From: a virus
Lineage: Duplodnaviria; Caudoviricetes
Virus record (IMG/VR): IMGVR_UViG_3300024309_000001
Location: 1 to 57,712 of that record
Strand: one strand, 5' to 3'
DNA length: 57,712 bases
Shown: in pieces, positions 37,003 to 45,498 of the stretch
How positions within the stretch are numbered: the first letter of the stretch is position 1
How the letters are laid out: every line of letters starts with the position of its first letter
Translations under genes and position numbers: made by a program
The notes under the pieces: generated by a model
The model's database searches: none
What the model was told of the DNA's origin: nothing
Seen by the model: the letters and a program-made list of their open reading frames with translations, nothing else

Positions 37003-37603
37003 AGCTGGCCTCCTGTCGCGCGCGCAGCGCATCGACCGTCTTGTAGGCGTCCCACATGCGCAGGCTGGCCAGACGGGCGATATGGATGGCGGCGGCTGGC
37101 GACAGATTGTCGGCGTCACGACATGGCTTCGCGGGGCGTCTGCACGTGATCTTCAGGGTCTTGTCGTCGCCAGACAGCAGCAACACGCCGGACGCCTCAG
37201 AACCCAGGCTGGGCAGCAGGTCGTCCGTCCAGATTTCAGCGGGCAGTGCGTAGTAATGCTTCCAGACCCGGCGCGGCCATTCCAGATGCGTGCTCTTGAA
37301 GCGGCCCCTCTGATAGGCGCGCTTCATGATCAAATTGCCGGAGATTCGGCTGCGGTCCCATTCATGCACCATGGGCCACTGACCAACGCGCTCCCGATGC
37401 CACCATTTGTCCTTGCGGGCGTCGGCCTTCAGGTCGGACCTGCTGATCTTGATCTCGACGTCGATCAGCCGCAGGTTTTCGGTGACCGCCAGGATGTCGG
37501 CTTCGTAGCCCGTCCAGTTGCAGTTGGGGACCACCACCAGGTATTTCCGGTTGAAGGTCTGCTGCGCCAGGGCGCGGGCGATGGTGCGTTCGGACCACTT
37601 CAT
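36995..37603 (-). CDS. PD-(D/E)xK nuclease, MmcB-like
   Basis: EADILAV..IDVEIKISRSDLKAD. Confidence 0.65.
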   Translation of the reverse strand: MKWSERTIARALAQQTFNRKYLVVVPNCNWTGYEADILAVTENLRLIDVEIKISRSDLKADARKDKWWHRERVGQWPMVHEWDRSRISGNLIMKRAYQRGRFKSTHLEWPRRVWKHYYALPAEIWTDDLLPSLGSEASGVLLLSGDDKTLKITCRRPAKPCRDADNLSPAAAIHIARLASLRMWDAYKTVDALRARQEASYG

Positions 37604-37950
37604 GCAACCATCCCCTTCGGCGGCATCACCAGCACCTCGTCCGTCGGCCGCCACATGTGCAGGCAGTACGGGTGCAGGTTCACGTATTCGGACTCGCGCG
37701 GGTGGAACTGCACCACGCAGTCCTCGGGCTCCCAGAACAACGCCTTCACCTGGCACATCTCTTCCCAAGTCGGGCACCGGTCCTGGCGCGAAACGCTGAC
37801 GTGCTCCCAGCCGCCATCATCCGACGCGACGACCTGGACGCGCTGGCCATGCTTCAGTCGCACGAGAAACGCGCCGTTGTTGCCCGAGGCGTCATCAGAG
37901 GCGAAGAACCCTGATCGGACGCGGTACTGGTTCGGAACGCGGAAGCTCAT
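37600..37950 (-). CDS. Conserved phage protein
   Basis: WEHVSVS..PTWEEMC..YVNLHPYCLHMW. Confidence 0.7.
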   Translation of the reverse strand: MSFRVPNQYRVRSGFFASDDASGNNGAFLVRLKHGQRVQVVASDDGGWEHVSVSRQDRCPTWEEMCQVKALFWEPEDCVVQFHPRESEYVNLHPYCLHMWRPTDEVLVMPPKGMVA

Positions 37951-38927
37951 ACCGCATCCCCCTCGAAAGGGAGTTCTTCGCTCCCAACATCAAACCGGAG
38001 CCCTTTGGCGGCCGCTTCGGTGTTGCGCACCATCTGGCGGTAGTAACTGGGCTTCAGTTCGATCCCAATGGCACGCCGACCTGCGGTGACGGCGCCATAA
38101 ACCTCAGAGCCGACGCCCGCGAACGGGGTCAAAACTGTTTCACCCGGGTTGCTGCGCAGAACGATGGCACGATCGATCACGTCAAGTTGCAGAGGATGAA
38201 CGTGCTTCTCGTCGTCTGGATCGCGCGCCTCCTTGTAGGGCAACACGCGATTGAGTCGGATGTCATCCCACATACAGTCGGCATACTGGCGCCAAATCCA
38301 GTGCGAGAATCGGTTCTCGGTCTGTTTCTTGGTCCAGCCCCGGTACTTCATCACCTCGGCCGGCGGACGGCGCTCCCCGGCATACTCCATCAAACCTGCC
38401 GGGTGCTGCACCGGAATCGGATTCTTGCCGCTGCGCCGAAACATCAGCAGGTTGTCGGCAGAGGCCACGCCGCAATCGATGGAATCCGCAACCACCGTGG
38501 CGTGCGCCAAGTTCTTTTGCATCGTGCGCAGGCGCACAGCAAGCGGCTCCTTCCAGATCACATGGCGGCCGGCATATTCCCAGCCCAGGCGCTCATGCAG
38601 GCGGATGATGTCGCCCGGAAAGTCGATCAGCGAGTCCGTGCCGCTGTTGCTGCGCGGCACCTCCATGCAATGCACCGCAGTCATGCGGCCCGGCACCGTC
38701 AGGCGATGCAATTCCTGCACCACATACCCGTAGTGCTCGAAAAAATCTTCGTAGCTGCGGCAGTTGGACAGATCCCGCTCTGAGCTGCTGTAGTGGTACA
38801 GGCCACTAAAGGGCGGCGAGTAGACCGACAGGTGAATGCTTTCCGCCGGCAGGCCGCACATGACCTCGATGCAGTCCCCGTTATAAATGGCGTACTGATC
38901 GGCAATGACTTGATCAATCACACCCAT
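37947..38927 (-). CDS. N4-C/N6-A DNA methyltransferase (beta class)
   Basis: YSPPF before LTPFAGVGS. Confidence 0.85.
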   Translation of the reverse strand: MGVIDQVIADQYAIYNGDCIEVMCGLPAESIHLSVYSPPFSGLYHYSSSERDLSNCRSYEDFFEHYGYVVQELHRLTVPGRMTAVHCMEVPRSNSGTDSLIDFPGDIIRLHERLGWEYAGRHVIWKEPLAVRLRTMQKNLAHATVVADSIDCGVASADNLLMFRRSGKNPIPVQHPAGLMEYAGERRPPAEVMKYRGWTKKQTENRFSHWIWRQYADCMWDDIRLNRVLPYKEARDPDDEKHVHPLQLDVIDRAIVLRSNPGETVLTPFAGVGSEVYGAVTAGRRAIGIELKPSYYRQMVRNTEAAAKGLRFDVGSEELPFEGDAV

Positions 38928-40288
38928 GCCGGGACCTCCATTTCTTTGCTCATGGCGCGGACGCGATCAATCGTCATGGCCGTATTCATTTCCGCCACCA
39001 AGTTGGTGAACATGCGATCCGCCGCCTGCGCTTTGCTTTGCAGGTTCTTGAGCACCCCCTGGCCGCCCTCGGTGGTCACGATGTCCACGCGCACGGGCCG
39101 GCGCTGACCGAAGCGCCAGCAGCGGCGGATGCCTTGGTAGTGCTGCTCAAACGAGTGCGACGGGAAGGTGACAATGTGATTGCAATGCTGGAAGTTCAGC
39201 CCCCAGGCGCCGATCTTCGGCTTGGTCACCAGGACGCGGGATTTTCCTTCCGCAAAGGACAACAAGCGGTCTTCCTTTTCGTCGTCTGACTGTTTTCCGC
39301 TGACCTGAATGGCATCCGGAATCATTCGTTCCAGAAGATCGCCCTCGGCGTTCAAGTGACACCAGACCAGCGCGGGCTGACCAGTTTCATTGACCAGGTT
39401 GGCCACGGCCTGGCAGCGTTCCTCAATCGTCCGGTGTTGCTCTTCACGCTGCTCCTGTAGACCGGCAGCCGGGAGGTCGAATAGCATCCCGGCGGCGCGC
39501 GTGTTCGCGCTCACCAGGTGCTCGACTTCCTCAAGAGGCGGAAGCGCGAACCCATCGTCCCGGAAGCCGATATCGGACGGTCTGCGCACGGCTCGCGCCC
39601 AGGAGCAAACCCAGCGCCAGAACGGCTGTTCGGCATGCCCCTTGAAACGCCATTGGTTTTGCTTGCCCATGAACCCACGGCCTACGCTGCTGTTGCCCAA
39701 ATCGTTCTTGAAGAACCGATTGAGCATGTCCACGTAGCCCAGATAGCCCAGCGCCTCCGACGACGTGCCCAGTTCGATGTAATCGTTGGGCGCGGCCGTC
39801 GCGGTGGCCAGCAGGCGATACCGCATGCCGCGCGAAAAGTCAGTCACCAAGGCCCGGGTCTTTCCGTTGAAATTCTTCAGGATGCTGGACTCATCGCCTA
39901 CGTGCCCAACAAAATCGTTCGGGTCGAACAGGTGCAGGCGCTCGTAATTCACGACGTTGATGCCGCGCCGTACCTTGCCGTCGCGGGCAACATGGACCTC
40001 GACGCCGAATTTTTCAGCCTCGCGGGCCATCTGTTGGCTTACCGCCAGTGGCGTGTTGATCAGTACGTTGCCATTGGTGTGCTGTACGACGTTCTGCGCC
40101 CAGACAAGCTCCTGCACGGTCTTGCCCATGCCGCAATCCTCGAACAAGGCCGACCGCCCCATGCGCACCGCCCAGTCGGTCAGGTGTGCCTGGAAATCGA
40201 ACAGAATGTCTGGCATCCAAACAGGCGTGAACCCTGTTGCGTCGTCGGCCTGCCCCTTGTGCAGCAAAAAGTCCTCATAGGGCCTCAT
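38918..40288 (-). CDS. SF2 (SNF2-like) helicase
   Basis: DCGMGKT, DESS, TATAAPN, QGIRRCWRFGQ. Confidence 0.85.
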   Translation of the reverse strand: MRPYEDFLLHKGQADDATGFTPVWMPDILFDFQAHLTDWAVRMGRSALFEDCGMGKTVQELVWAQNVVQHTNGNVLINTPLAVSQQMAREAEKFGVEVHVARDGKVRRGINVVNYERLHLFDPNDFVGHVGDESSILKNFNGKTRALVTDFSRGMRYRLLATATAAPNDYIELGTSSEALGYLGYVDMLNRFFKNDLGNSSVGRGFMGKQNQWRFKGHAEQPFWRWVCSWARAVRRPSDIGFRDDGFALPPLEEVEHLVSANTRAAGMLFDLPAAGLQEQREEQHRTIEERCQAVANLVNETGQPALVWCHLNAEGDLLERMIPDAIQVSGKQSDDEKEDRLLSFAEGKSRVLVTKPKIGAWGLNFQHCNHIVTFPSHSFEQHYQGIRRCWRFGQRRPVRVDIVTTEGGQGVLKNLQSKAQAADRMFTNLVAEMNTAMTIDRVRAMSKEMEVPAWV

Positions 40289-40755
40289 GCAACACCACCC
40301 TGGCGCGCCCGCGCCTTCTCGCTTACAATTTCCACGTTCCTCATCAATTCATCCCCATGAATATGTTGAACACCGCCCGAGCCGACCTCCACAGTCGCCT
40401 CGGGCTTTTCCATTCCGGCCGCGAGCAACGCCCCGTCGGGCACGTCGTGGCCGCGGTCCAGCAGAATCTGAATGCATTCGCGCAGCAGCTCGAGCTGGGT
40501 CCCATACCGGGCCTCGAACCGCGCCTTCCACGGATGCACAGCAACGCGGCCCGGCGCGCCGGTGCCGTCCTGGTGGTTGCCGGCCGACAGCGGCAGCACC
40601 AGCCAATGCGCGTCCGGCTTCGTGCGCCCGTCGATGTGATGGATGCTGACGCGCGGCTCCCAGAAACCGTCCTTGCGGCTGGCGATGCAGCCGATCTCGC
40701 GCGCCAGCAGATCCCAGAAGCGGCGCTGCTCGGCCGTCGGTGTCCTGCCCTTCAT
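40285..40755 (-). CDS. Ref-like HNH nuclease
   Basis: GCIA..VSIHHIDGRTKPDAHWLVLPL..H. Confidence 0.7.
   Translation of the reverse strand: MKGRTPTAEQRRFWDLLAREIGCIASRKDGFWEPRVSIHHIDGRTKPDAHWLVLPLSAGNHQDGTGAPGRVAVHPWKARFEARYGTQLELLRECIQILLDRGHDVPDGALLAAGMEKPEATVEVGSGGVQHIHGDELMRNVEIVSEKARARQGGVA
40336..40410 (+). ncRNA. Candidate ~75-nt antisense/trans-acting sRNA
   Basis: TACAAT at 40324-40329, GCCCGAG..CTCGGGC-TTTT terminator, seed complementary to two RBS regions; weak -35. Confidence 0.5.
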
Positions 40756-41543
40756 GCCGACTCCTGGCCAAGCACCCAGCGCAGGGCGTCGGCATAGGGC
40801 CCAGACGCATCCGCCAGGGCCGTCTCGATCTGCTTGCGAGTCCGCATGCGGGGCTTGTCCTCGCCCAGGACGGCGCGCTGGCGCCGGGCGCGTTCATGCG
40901 GTTTGACGCCAGCACCGGCCTGCACCAAAGCGTCAACCTTCGCGCGCTGCTCGGCCGGAGGCATGCGCCCCAGTGCCTTGGCCTGCGTGGCGTTGATCTG
41001 TCCGGCCTCCACCGCCTGCTGCACGGATTGCGTGCACTCGAGCAGGGAGAGGGTCCCGCCGACGGTAGCCGGCGAGCAGCCGAAGATGATGGCCAGATCG
41101 GCTTCCGTGTATCCCAAGCCGACCAGCTGCTGCATCATCCGGGCGCGCCCCATGGGCGTGTCGTCTTTGCGGATGGCGTTCTCGCTGGCCATCAACGCGG
41201 CGGCGGTCCGGCGATCCAGCCCCTTGCGAGTGAACCCGGGCACCGTGATCGGCTTGCGCCCCTTGGCTGCCAGCCTGCGGTTGGCCTCCCGGGCATTCTT
41301 CACGCGCTGCCGGCCGAAAACCACCTGCACCTCGCCGGTTTCCGTGTCCTTGAGAACCATGATCGGCTCGGCCACGCCGGACATCATGATGCTGTCGACC
41401 ATTGCCTCGTCGATCGGCAGGTGCACGCGCTCGTCGTACAGCGGATGGGCCGGGTCCGTCACCAGGGTCAACTGCTCGGGGTCGAAGAACAGCAGATTGG
41501 TCTTGCCGGCCGCGCCGTACGCCTCGATGGAATTTTTTGCCAC
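40752..41543 (-). CDS. ParB-like protein
   Basis: GVAEPIMV..VVFGRQRV..ENAIR plus HTH. Confidence 0.75.
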   Translation of the reverse strand: MAKNSIEAYGAAGKTNLLFFDPEQLTLVTDPAHPLYDERVHLPIDEAMVDSIMMSGVAEPIMVLKDTETGEVQVVFGRQRVKNAREANRRLAAKGRKPITVPGFTRKGLDRRTAAALMASENAIRKDDTPMGRARMMQQLVGLGYTEADLAIIFGCSPATVGGTLSLLECTQSVQQAVEAGQINATQAKALGRMPPAEQRAKVDALVQAGAGVKPHERARRQRAVLGEDKPRMRTRKQIETALADASGPYADALRWVLGQESA

Positions 41544-41558
41544 AGTGATGTCTCCGCT

Positions 41559-42080
41559 TTATTCGCCGAAATCGGCCAGGATGGTTTCGATCATTTCGGC
41601 CGCCGCCATGGGCGACAGGTGCGGCCACAGGATCTTCTGGGCATGCTCGGTGCGCAGGAACTGCACGGCATCGGCGTGAAAGGCCTCCATCGCGCCCTGT
41701 TCCATGCTGCTGTACCGGATCGACTTCACGACCGGGATCACGCCGCCCTTGGGGCCTGGGTACCAGTCCACCAGGCCGGCTCCGGTCTTGAGCCAGTCAC
41801 GGAACGGCCGGAACGCCTCAAACCGATCCTGGGCCTGGAAAATCGCCTGCTCCAACGCCATGTGCTTGCGGTGGTACCAGCCCAGGCGCTCCTGATTGGT
41901 ACTGATGTCCATCGCCTCGCCGGGCTCCAGCTTCCATATCCGGTTCCACAGGCGGCGCCATGCCTTCTGGTTGCGTTCGCCCAGACCGTCGACCATCTCG
42001 AAAACGGCCTTGCGCGCAACCGCCAGCTCCTGGTCGGTCAGGCTGATGTCGTGTCGGCGGACCAGGGTGATCTCGGCCAT
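41559..42080 (-). CDS. DUF1367-like phage protein
   Basis: FRDWLKTGAG..KSIRYSSMEQ. Confidence 0.6.
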   Translation of the reverse strand: MAEITLVRRHDISLTDQELAVARKAVFEMVDGLGERNQKAWRRLWNRIWKLEPGEAMDISTNQERLGWYHRKHMALEQAIFQAQDRFEAFRPFRDWLKTGAGLVDWYPGPKGGVIPVVKSIRYSSMEQGAMEAFHADAVQFLRTEHAQKILWPHLSPMAAAEMIETILADFGE

Positions 42081-42082
42081 GG

Positions 42083-42499
42083 TTACTGCCCCAGGCGCGC
42101 CCGGCTGTAGGCCAGAGCCCCCATCAGGTGCTGATCCAGCACCCAGCGGATGTAGTCGGCCTTGGGCCGGCCCGCCAGCCCGGCCAGCGCCACCACCGCG
42201 TCGTACAGTTCCTCGGTGACAGGCAGGTCCAGGCGATGCGTGCATTTGTCGCCGCCGCCCTGCCCGCCCATGCGCGATTCGGACGCATCATGGTCGTCAG
42301 CGCCCCCCCCCGACTGGCTGACCGCCAGCGCGCCCAGCGCGTGGATTTCCAGGACGCGGCGGGCGTACGCTGTCTTCGTGACATCGCACAGGCTGGCCAG
42401 CATCGTGATCTGGTCGTAGACCTGCTCCGACACCGGCACATCGAGCCGTAGTGTGTGGCGCGCACCCTCGGCGCGCTGCTGACGAGAATTGAAGAACAT
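42083..42499 (-). CDS. Tandem RHH-like regulator at the cII-like position
   Basis: Two copies of RLD.PV.E..YD....LA......K..Y.R.VL..H..GALA.S. Confidence 0.65.
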   Translation of the reverse strand: MFFNSRQQRAEGARHTLRLDVPVSEQVYDQITMLASLCDVTKTAYARRVLEIHALGALAVSQSGGGADDHDASESRMGGQGGGDKCTHRLDLPVTEELYDAVVALAGLAGRPKADYIRWVLDQHLMGALAYSRARLGQ

Positions 42500-42564
42500 G
42501 GGTTATCCGATAATGATCTGGTTCACCACCGGCCCGCCCTGCGGCAGACTGGCAGTATGGAAAA

Positions 42565-42933
42565 TCAGTCCTTTTTCTCGCCCTGTTCCAGCGCCTTGTT
42601 AGCAGCCAACGCAGCCGCTATCACTTCTTCGGCGGCGCTCTTCGGGGAGCATGCGGTTCGCCTTGCGACGTCGGCGGCAGCAGCGAGTGCCGCATCGAAA
42701 GCGCGTTGCCGATCTTGTGCGGCACGGATGACGGCGCTGAGAGCCAACTTCCGCACCATCGCGCCATCGCCCGCGCCGGTCGTTCCGCCCTCGGCGGCAC
42801 CGCTGACTCCCCCGGTAGCGCTAGATCCGAACGGGTATCCGTCCACCTTCACCGGCACGCCGAACAGCTTGGCCACGAGGTGGACCGGCCACAGCCGCCA
42901 CGCCGGGTATTGCGTCAATTCCTGGTTGATCAC
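42565..42933 (-). CDS. Hypothetical protein
   Basis: AGGAG RBS with GTG start. Confidence 0.55.
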   Translation of the reverse strand: MINQELTQYPAWRLWPVHLVAKLFGVPVKVDGYPFGSSATGGVSGAAEGGTTGAGDGAMVRKLALSAVIRAAQDRQRAFDAALAAAADVARRTACSPKSAAEEVIAAALAANKALEQGEKKD

Positions 42934-43054
42934 GGTTTTCTCCTGTCAGATGTCGGTAGGCCCGATGGGGATTTTTTTGTCCCGTTCCGGGCTGCGGTCC
43001 GGACTGTCACCCGTATGATCGACAGCACCCAAACCCCCACAGAGGAAGGCGCCG

Positions 43055-43339
43055 ATGACCGTCCCCACCATTTCTGTCGAAGCACTGCATGGACGCCTCA
43101 TCGCATGCGCCTCCCTAGTGAATTCCCTAGTGCGCGTGCTGCCCATCGAACAGCTGCGCGAACTGGAGCAAGAATTGACGGACGACTCGGAATACGGACG
43201 CGGCTTTCTGCTGACGCAGCCCTGTCCGGATCGGACAATCGACGCCTACGACGCCTACGCGCAAGCGCACTTGAGGGTCGTACGCCACGCGATTCAGGCC
43301 CGGCAAGAGCCTCCCACGCCCGGCGACGATCCTCTGTAG
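43055..43339 (+). CDS. Counter-oriented hypothetical protein
   Basis: GAGGAAGG RBS; TATGAT -10 at 43014. Confidence 0.55.
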   Translation: MTVPTISVEALHGRLIACASLVNSLVRVLPIEQLRELEQELTDDSEYGRGFLLTQPCPDRTIDAYDAYAQAHLRVVRHAIQARQEPPTPGDDPL

Positions 43340-43356
43340 AAACCAGCCGCCGCGGA

Positions 43357-43623
43357 TCACGCATGCTCAGCCTCCCGCGGGAGATTCGCAGCGGCTTTCC
43401 CATTGGTCGCCAATTCAGGCCAGATCAGGTGCCAGTCGTCCGGCCGCAGGTCGCGGCGGGTTACGGCACCATCGGTGGCGACCTCGATGGCGGCGCAACG
43501 ATCGGCAGGAATTTTCCTTCGTCCATCCCTCCAGAAGCACACCGCCTGTGGGGTGACGTGGATGGCTCGGGCCAGCGCTGATGCGCTGCCCATCTTCCGG
43601 ATGGCGGTTTGGATAGGGTTCAT
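43357..43623 (-). CDS. cro: Cro/YdaS-like repressor
   Basis: SALARAIHVTPQAVCFW..IEVATDGAVTRRDLRPD. Confidence 0.85.
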   Translation of the reverse strand: MNPIQTAIRKMGSASALARAIHVTPQAVCFWRDGRRKIPADRCAAIEVATDGAVTRRDLRPDDWHLIWPELATNGKAAANLPREAEHA

Positions 43624-43631
43624 ACGTCGCA

Positions 43632-43698
43632 ATTCTACACTTGTAGATATTTATCATCAACAACTGTATTTGATGGCACTTCTACACCTGTTTAAAGT
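43632..43698. promoter_or_regulatory. OR region: divergent promoters and three operators
   Basis: TCTACA-nn-TGTAGA at 43634, variants at 43657 and 43681; TTGATG-17-TAGAAT (-), TTGATG-17-TAAAGT (+). Confidence 0.8.
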
Positions 43699-43705
43699 GT
43701 GGGCC

Positions 43706-44182
43706 ATGGCACTAGGCAAGCAAATTAAGTTCTATCGCGAAAAGCTGAATCTCACTCTGGAGCAACTGGAGGAGATATCGGGTGTAGGCACAGGCACGAT
43801 CAACGCCCTGGAAGTGAGGGATAGCGTGCGCTCCAAGTTTGCGCCCGCTCTTGCCGCTGCCTTCAGGCTATCTGTTGAGCAACTTCTGGATGAGTCACGT
43901 GATTGGCTCTCCGAAGCGGCACACCAACAATCGACAACTGGTAGCGGCAAGAAGGTTGCCGCGCTTTCGGATCTGGCTGCTGTTGAACTATGGACACGCT
44001 ATCAGCGCGCCAACCGTGCGGCACAATTGGTGGTTGATCTCGCGCTTGGCCGCCGGGTCCAACCCCAGGATGAAGCACTAAAGCATTCAGTACAGGCAGC
44101 GATATCGGTCGCAGCCGCCTCTTTTCCAAAAGAAAAACACACGAAATCCGCCAAAAAGCGGGAAAGTTCTGCTGTTTCCTAA
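43706..44182 (+). CDS. cI: CI-like XRE repressor without S24 domain
   Basis: LGKQIKFYREKLNLTLEQLEEISGVGTGTINALE; divergent from cro. Confidence 0.8.
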   Translation: MALGKQIKFYREKLNLTLEQLEEISGVGTGTINALEVRDSVRSKFAPALAAAFRLSVEQLLDESRDWLSEAAHQQSTTGSGKKVAALSDLAAVELWTRYQRANRAAQLVVDLALGRRVQPQDEALKHSVQAAISVAAASFPKEKHTKSAKKRESSAVS

Positions 44183-44206
44183 AATTTTTGATCCTGACAT
44201 TTCAAA

Positions 44207-44449
44207 ATGAAAAAATGACAACTGAATATATTTTTCAGGTACATAGTCTACGGACTCGCCAGCATCTCCATACTACTGGCTGTTGGCGGCCTGTCGTCTT
44301 GGACAACTGCCAAGCGGCCCGAGTTATTGCTGTCTTCGCTTGTTTCTATCGGTTTTTCTGTGGTGACCATAGTGAAAATCACGTGGCGGCCATTGATGGC
44401 AGGTTTCCTGCTGAATCGGACTATTCAGCTCATGGAGAGAAAATCATGA
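44207..44449 (+). pseudogene. Membrane-protein gene with broken 5' end
   Basis: MKK*QLNIFFRYIVYGLASISILLAVGG..LLLSSLVSIGFSVVTIV..; stop overlaps the next ATG. Confidence 0.55.
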
Positions 44450-44727
44450 AGCCATCCCTCATTACCTCGGCTTTGATCATTTGCGCCGCTCTGTCTGGAT
44501 GCGCATCGGTCAGTGAGGTCTCTCAGTTGGACAAAAACACATACTTCCTCACCGTAGATACCGGAAACCAACAATTCACCACCGGCGACTTGCTGAGCAA
44601 GGCTTCCGTCAAGGCAACTGAGTTTTGTGGCAAGCGGGGTCGCTCAATGTCCGCTATCGGGTCAGACCTGGATCATCGGGGCTTTGGCAATCGAGATCTG
44701 ACGCTTCGGTTTCGGTGCGTAGAGTGA
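44446..44727 (+). CDS. Lipoprotein (superinfection-exclusion candidate)
   Basis: LSGC lipobox, GGAGA RBS, two further Cys. Confidence 0.75.
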   Translation: MKPSLITSALIICAALSGCASVSEVSQLDKNTYFLTVDTGNQQFTTGDLLSKASVKATEFCGKRGRSMSAIGSDLDHRGFGNRDLTLRFRCVE

Positions 44728-45092
44728 TGGAGGGTAAATTCTTGCTCGCCGTGCCAGCCCTCGCAATTGGTGCTGTGCTTGGCTATTATGGTTCTGGCTT
44801 GTTTGATGTGGCGGACATGACGCCTTATCAGCGATGCGTGGATGACGCATCCCGCAGGCCGACCAATAACGGGGTAAGAGCGGCATTCGAGTTGTGCCGG
44901 ACTAGGTTCTCACCGCCATCAGGGCTGGAAAGCACCGCTGAGCCTGTCGCAAAGCATGGCCCGTGGAATAAATACGCGGAAAAACGCGATGACCTTTGTC
45001 TAGCACTGAAAAACGCTAAATCTACCGGTGCGACTGACGACGCTCGACGTCTTGAGGAATTCATAAACTCAAACAGCCTCGAATGTGAATAA
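44727..45092 (+). CDS. Membrane-anchored protein with ejection-protein-like motifs
   Basis: N-terminal TM, Cys pair, GPWNKY, LCLALKNAKSTGATDDARRL. Confidence 0.7.
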   Translation: MEGKFLLAVPALAIGAVLGYYGSGLFDVADMTPYQRCVDDASRRPTNNGVRAAFELCRTRFSPPSGLESTAEPVAKHGPWNKYAEKRDDLCLALKNAKSTGATDDARRLEEFINSNSLECE

Positions 45093-45240
45093 CACCGCCT
45101 CACATTAGCCAAATAAGGCATCCTTCAACCCCGCATCCGGATGCGGCCACATCGCTGCCGCCGCCACGCCAAGACGCTCTGCCCTCCTTCACTTGATGGT
45201 TCTTTTTTAGCCATCTCGATGGCGGCGCTTTTCCTAGAAT

Positions 45241-45315
45241 TCTACACTTGTTGACAGAAATAAATCTACATGTGTAGAATTCATCCCAAGCCCTCACGGG
45301 CGCGTTCTTTCACAA
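45241..45315 (+). promoter_or_regulatory. PL/OL with boxA-like site
   Basis: TTGACA-18-TAGAAT; operators at 45241 and 45265; GTTCTTTCACAA resembles boxA. Confidence 0.8.
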
Positions 45316-45396
45316 CTTGGGATTCAGAGGAGAGGCGCAGGAATGCGCGCCTTTCGGTCAGGATTACGCAGGGCAGCGTCAACTGCCCCGCGCTTC

Positions 45397-45498
45397 CTAG
45401 GTCACGGCGATCAGGATGATGGCGGCAACAGCCCGTAAGACTGCGGCCACATCAACAATCACGTCCACCTTCACAGACACTTTCCGGCTCATTTGCAT
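45397..45498 (-). CDS. 31-33 aa hydrophobic peptide (type I toxin-like)
   Basis: (MQ)MSRKVSVKVDVIVDVAAVLRAVAAIILIAVT*, followed by GC-rich hairpins. Confidence 0.5.
   Translation of the reverse strand: MQMSRKVSVKVDVIVDVAAVLRAVAAIILIAVT

Noticed and set aside
37947-40288. Helicase plus MTase as a restriction/defence system
   Set aside because: Coupled within the Cro-side replication operon, a common phage arrangement; no specificity subunit
44222-44238. LexA box CTGAATATATTTTTCAG
   Set aside because: Spacing is CTG-N11-CAG rather than N10, and it lies within the cryptic membrane ORF
44188-44445. Long N-terminal extension of the lipoprotein given in the ORF track
   Set aside because: Signal peptide, lipobox and RBS point to a start at 44446; the protein-like signal upstream is in another frame
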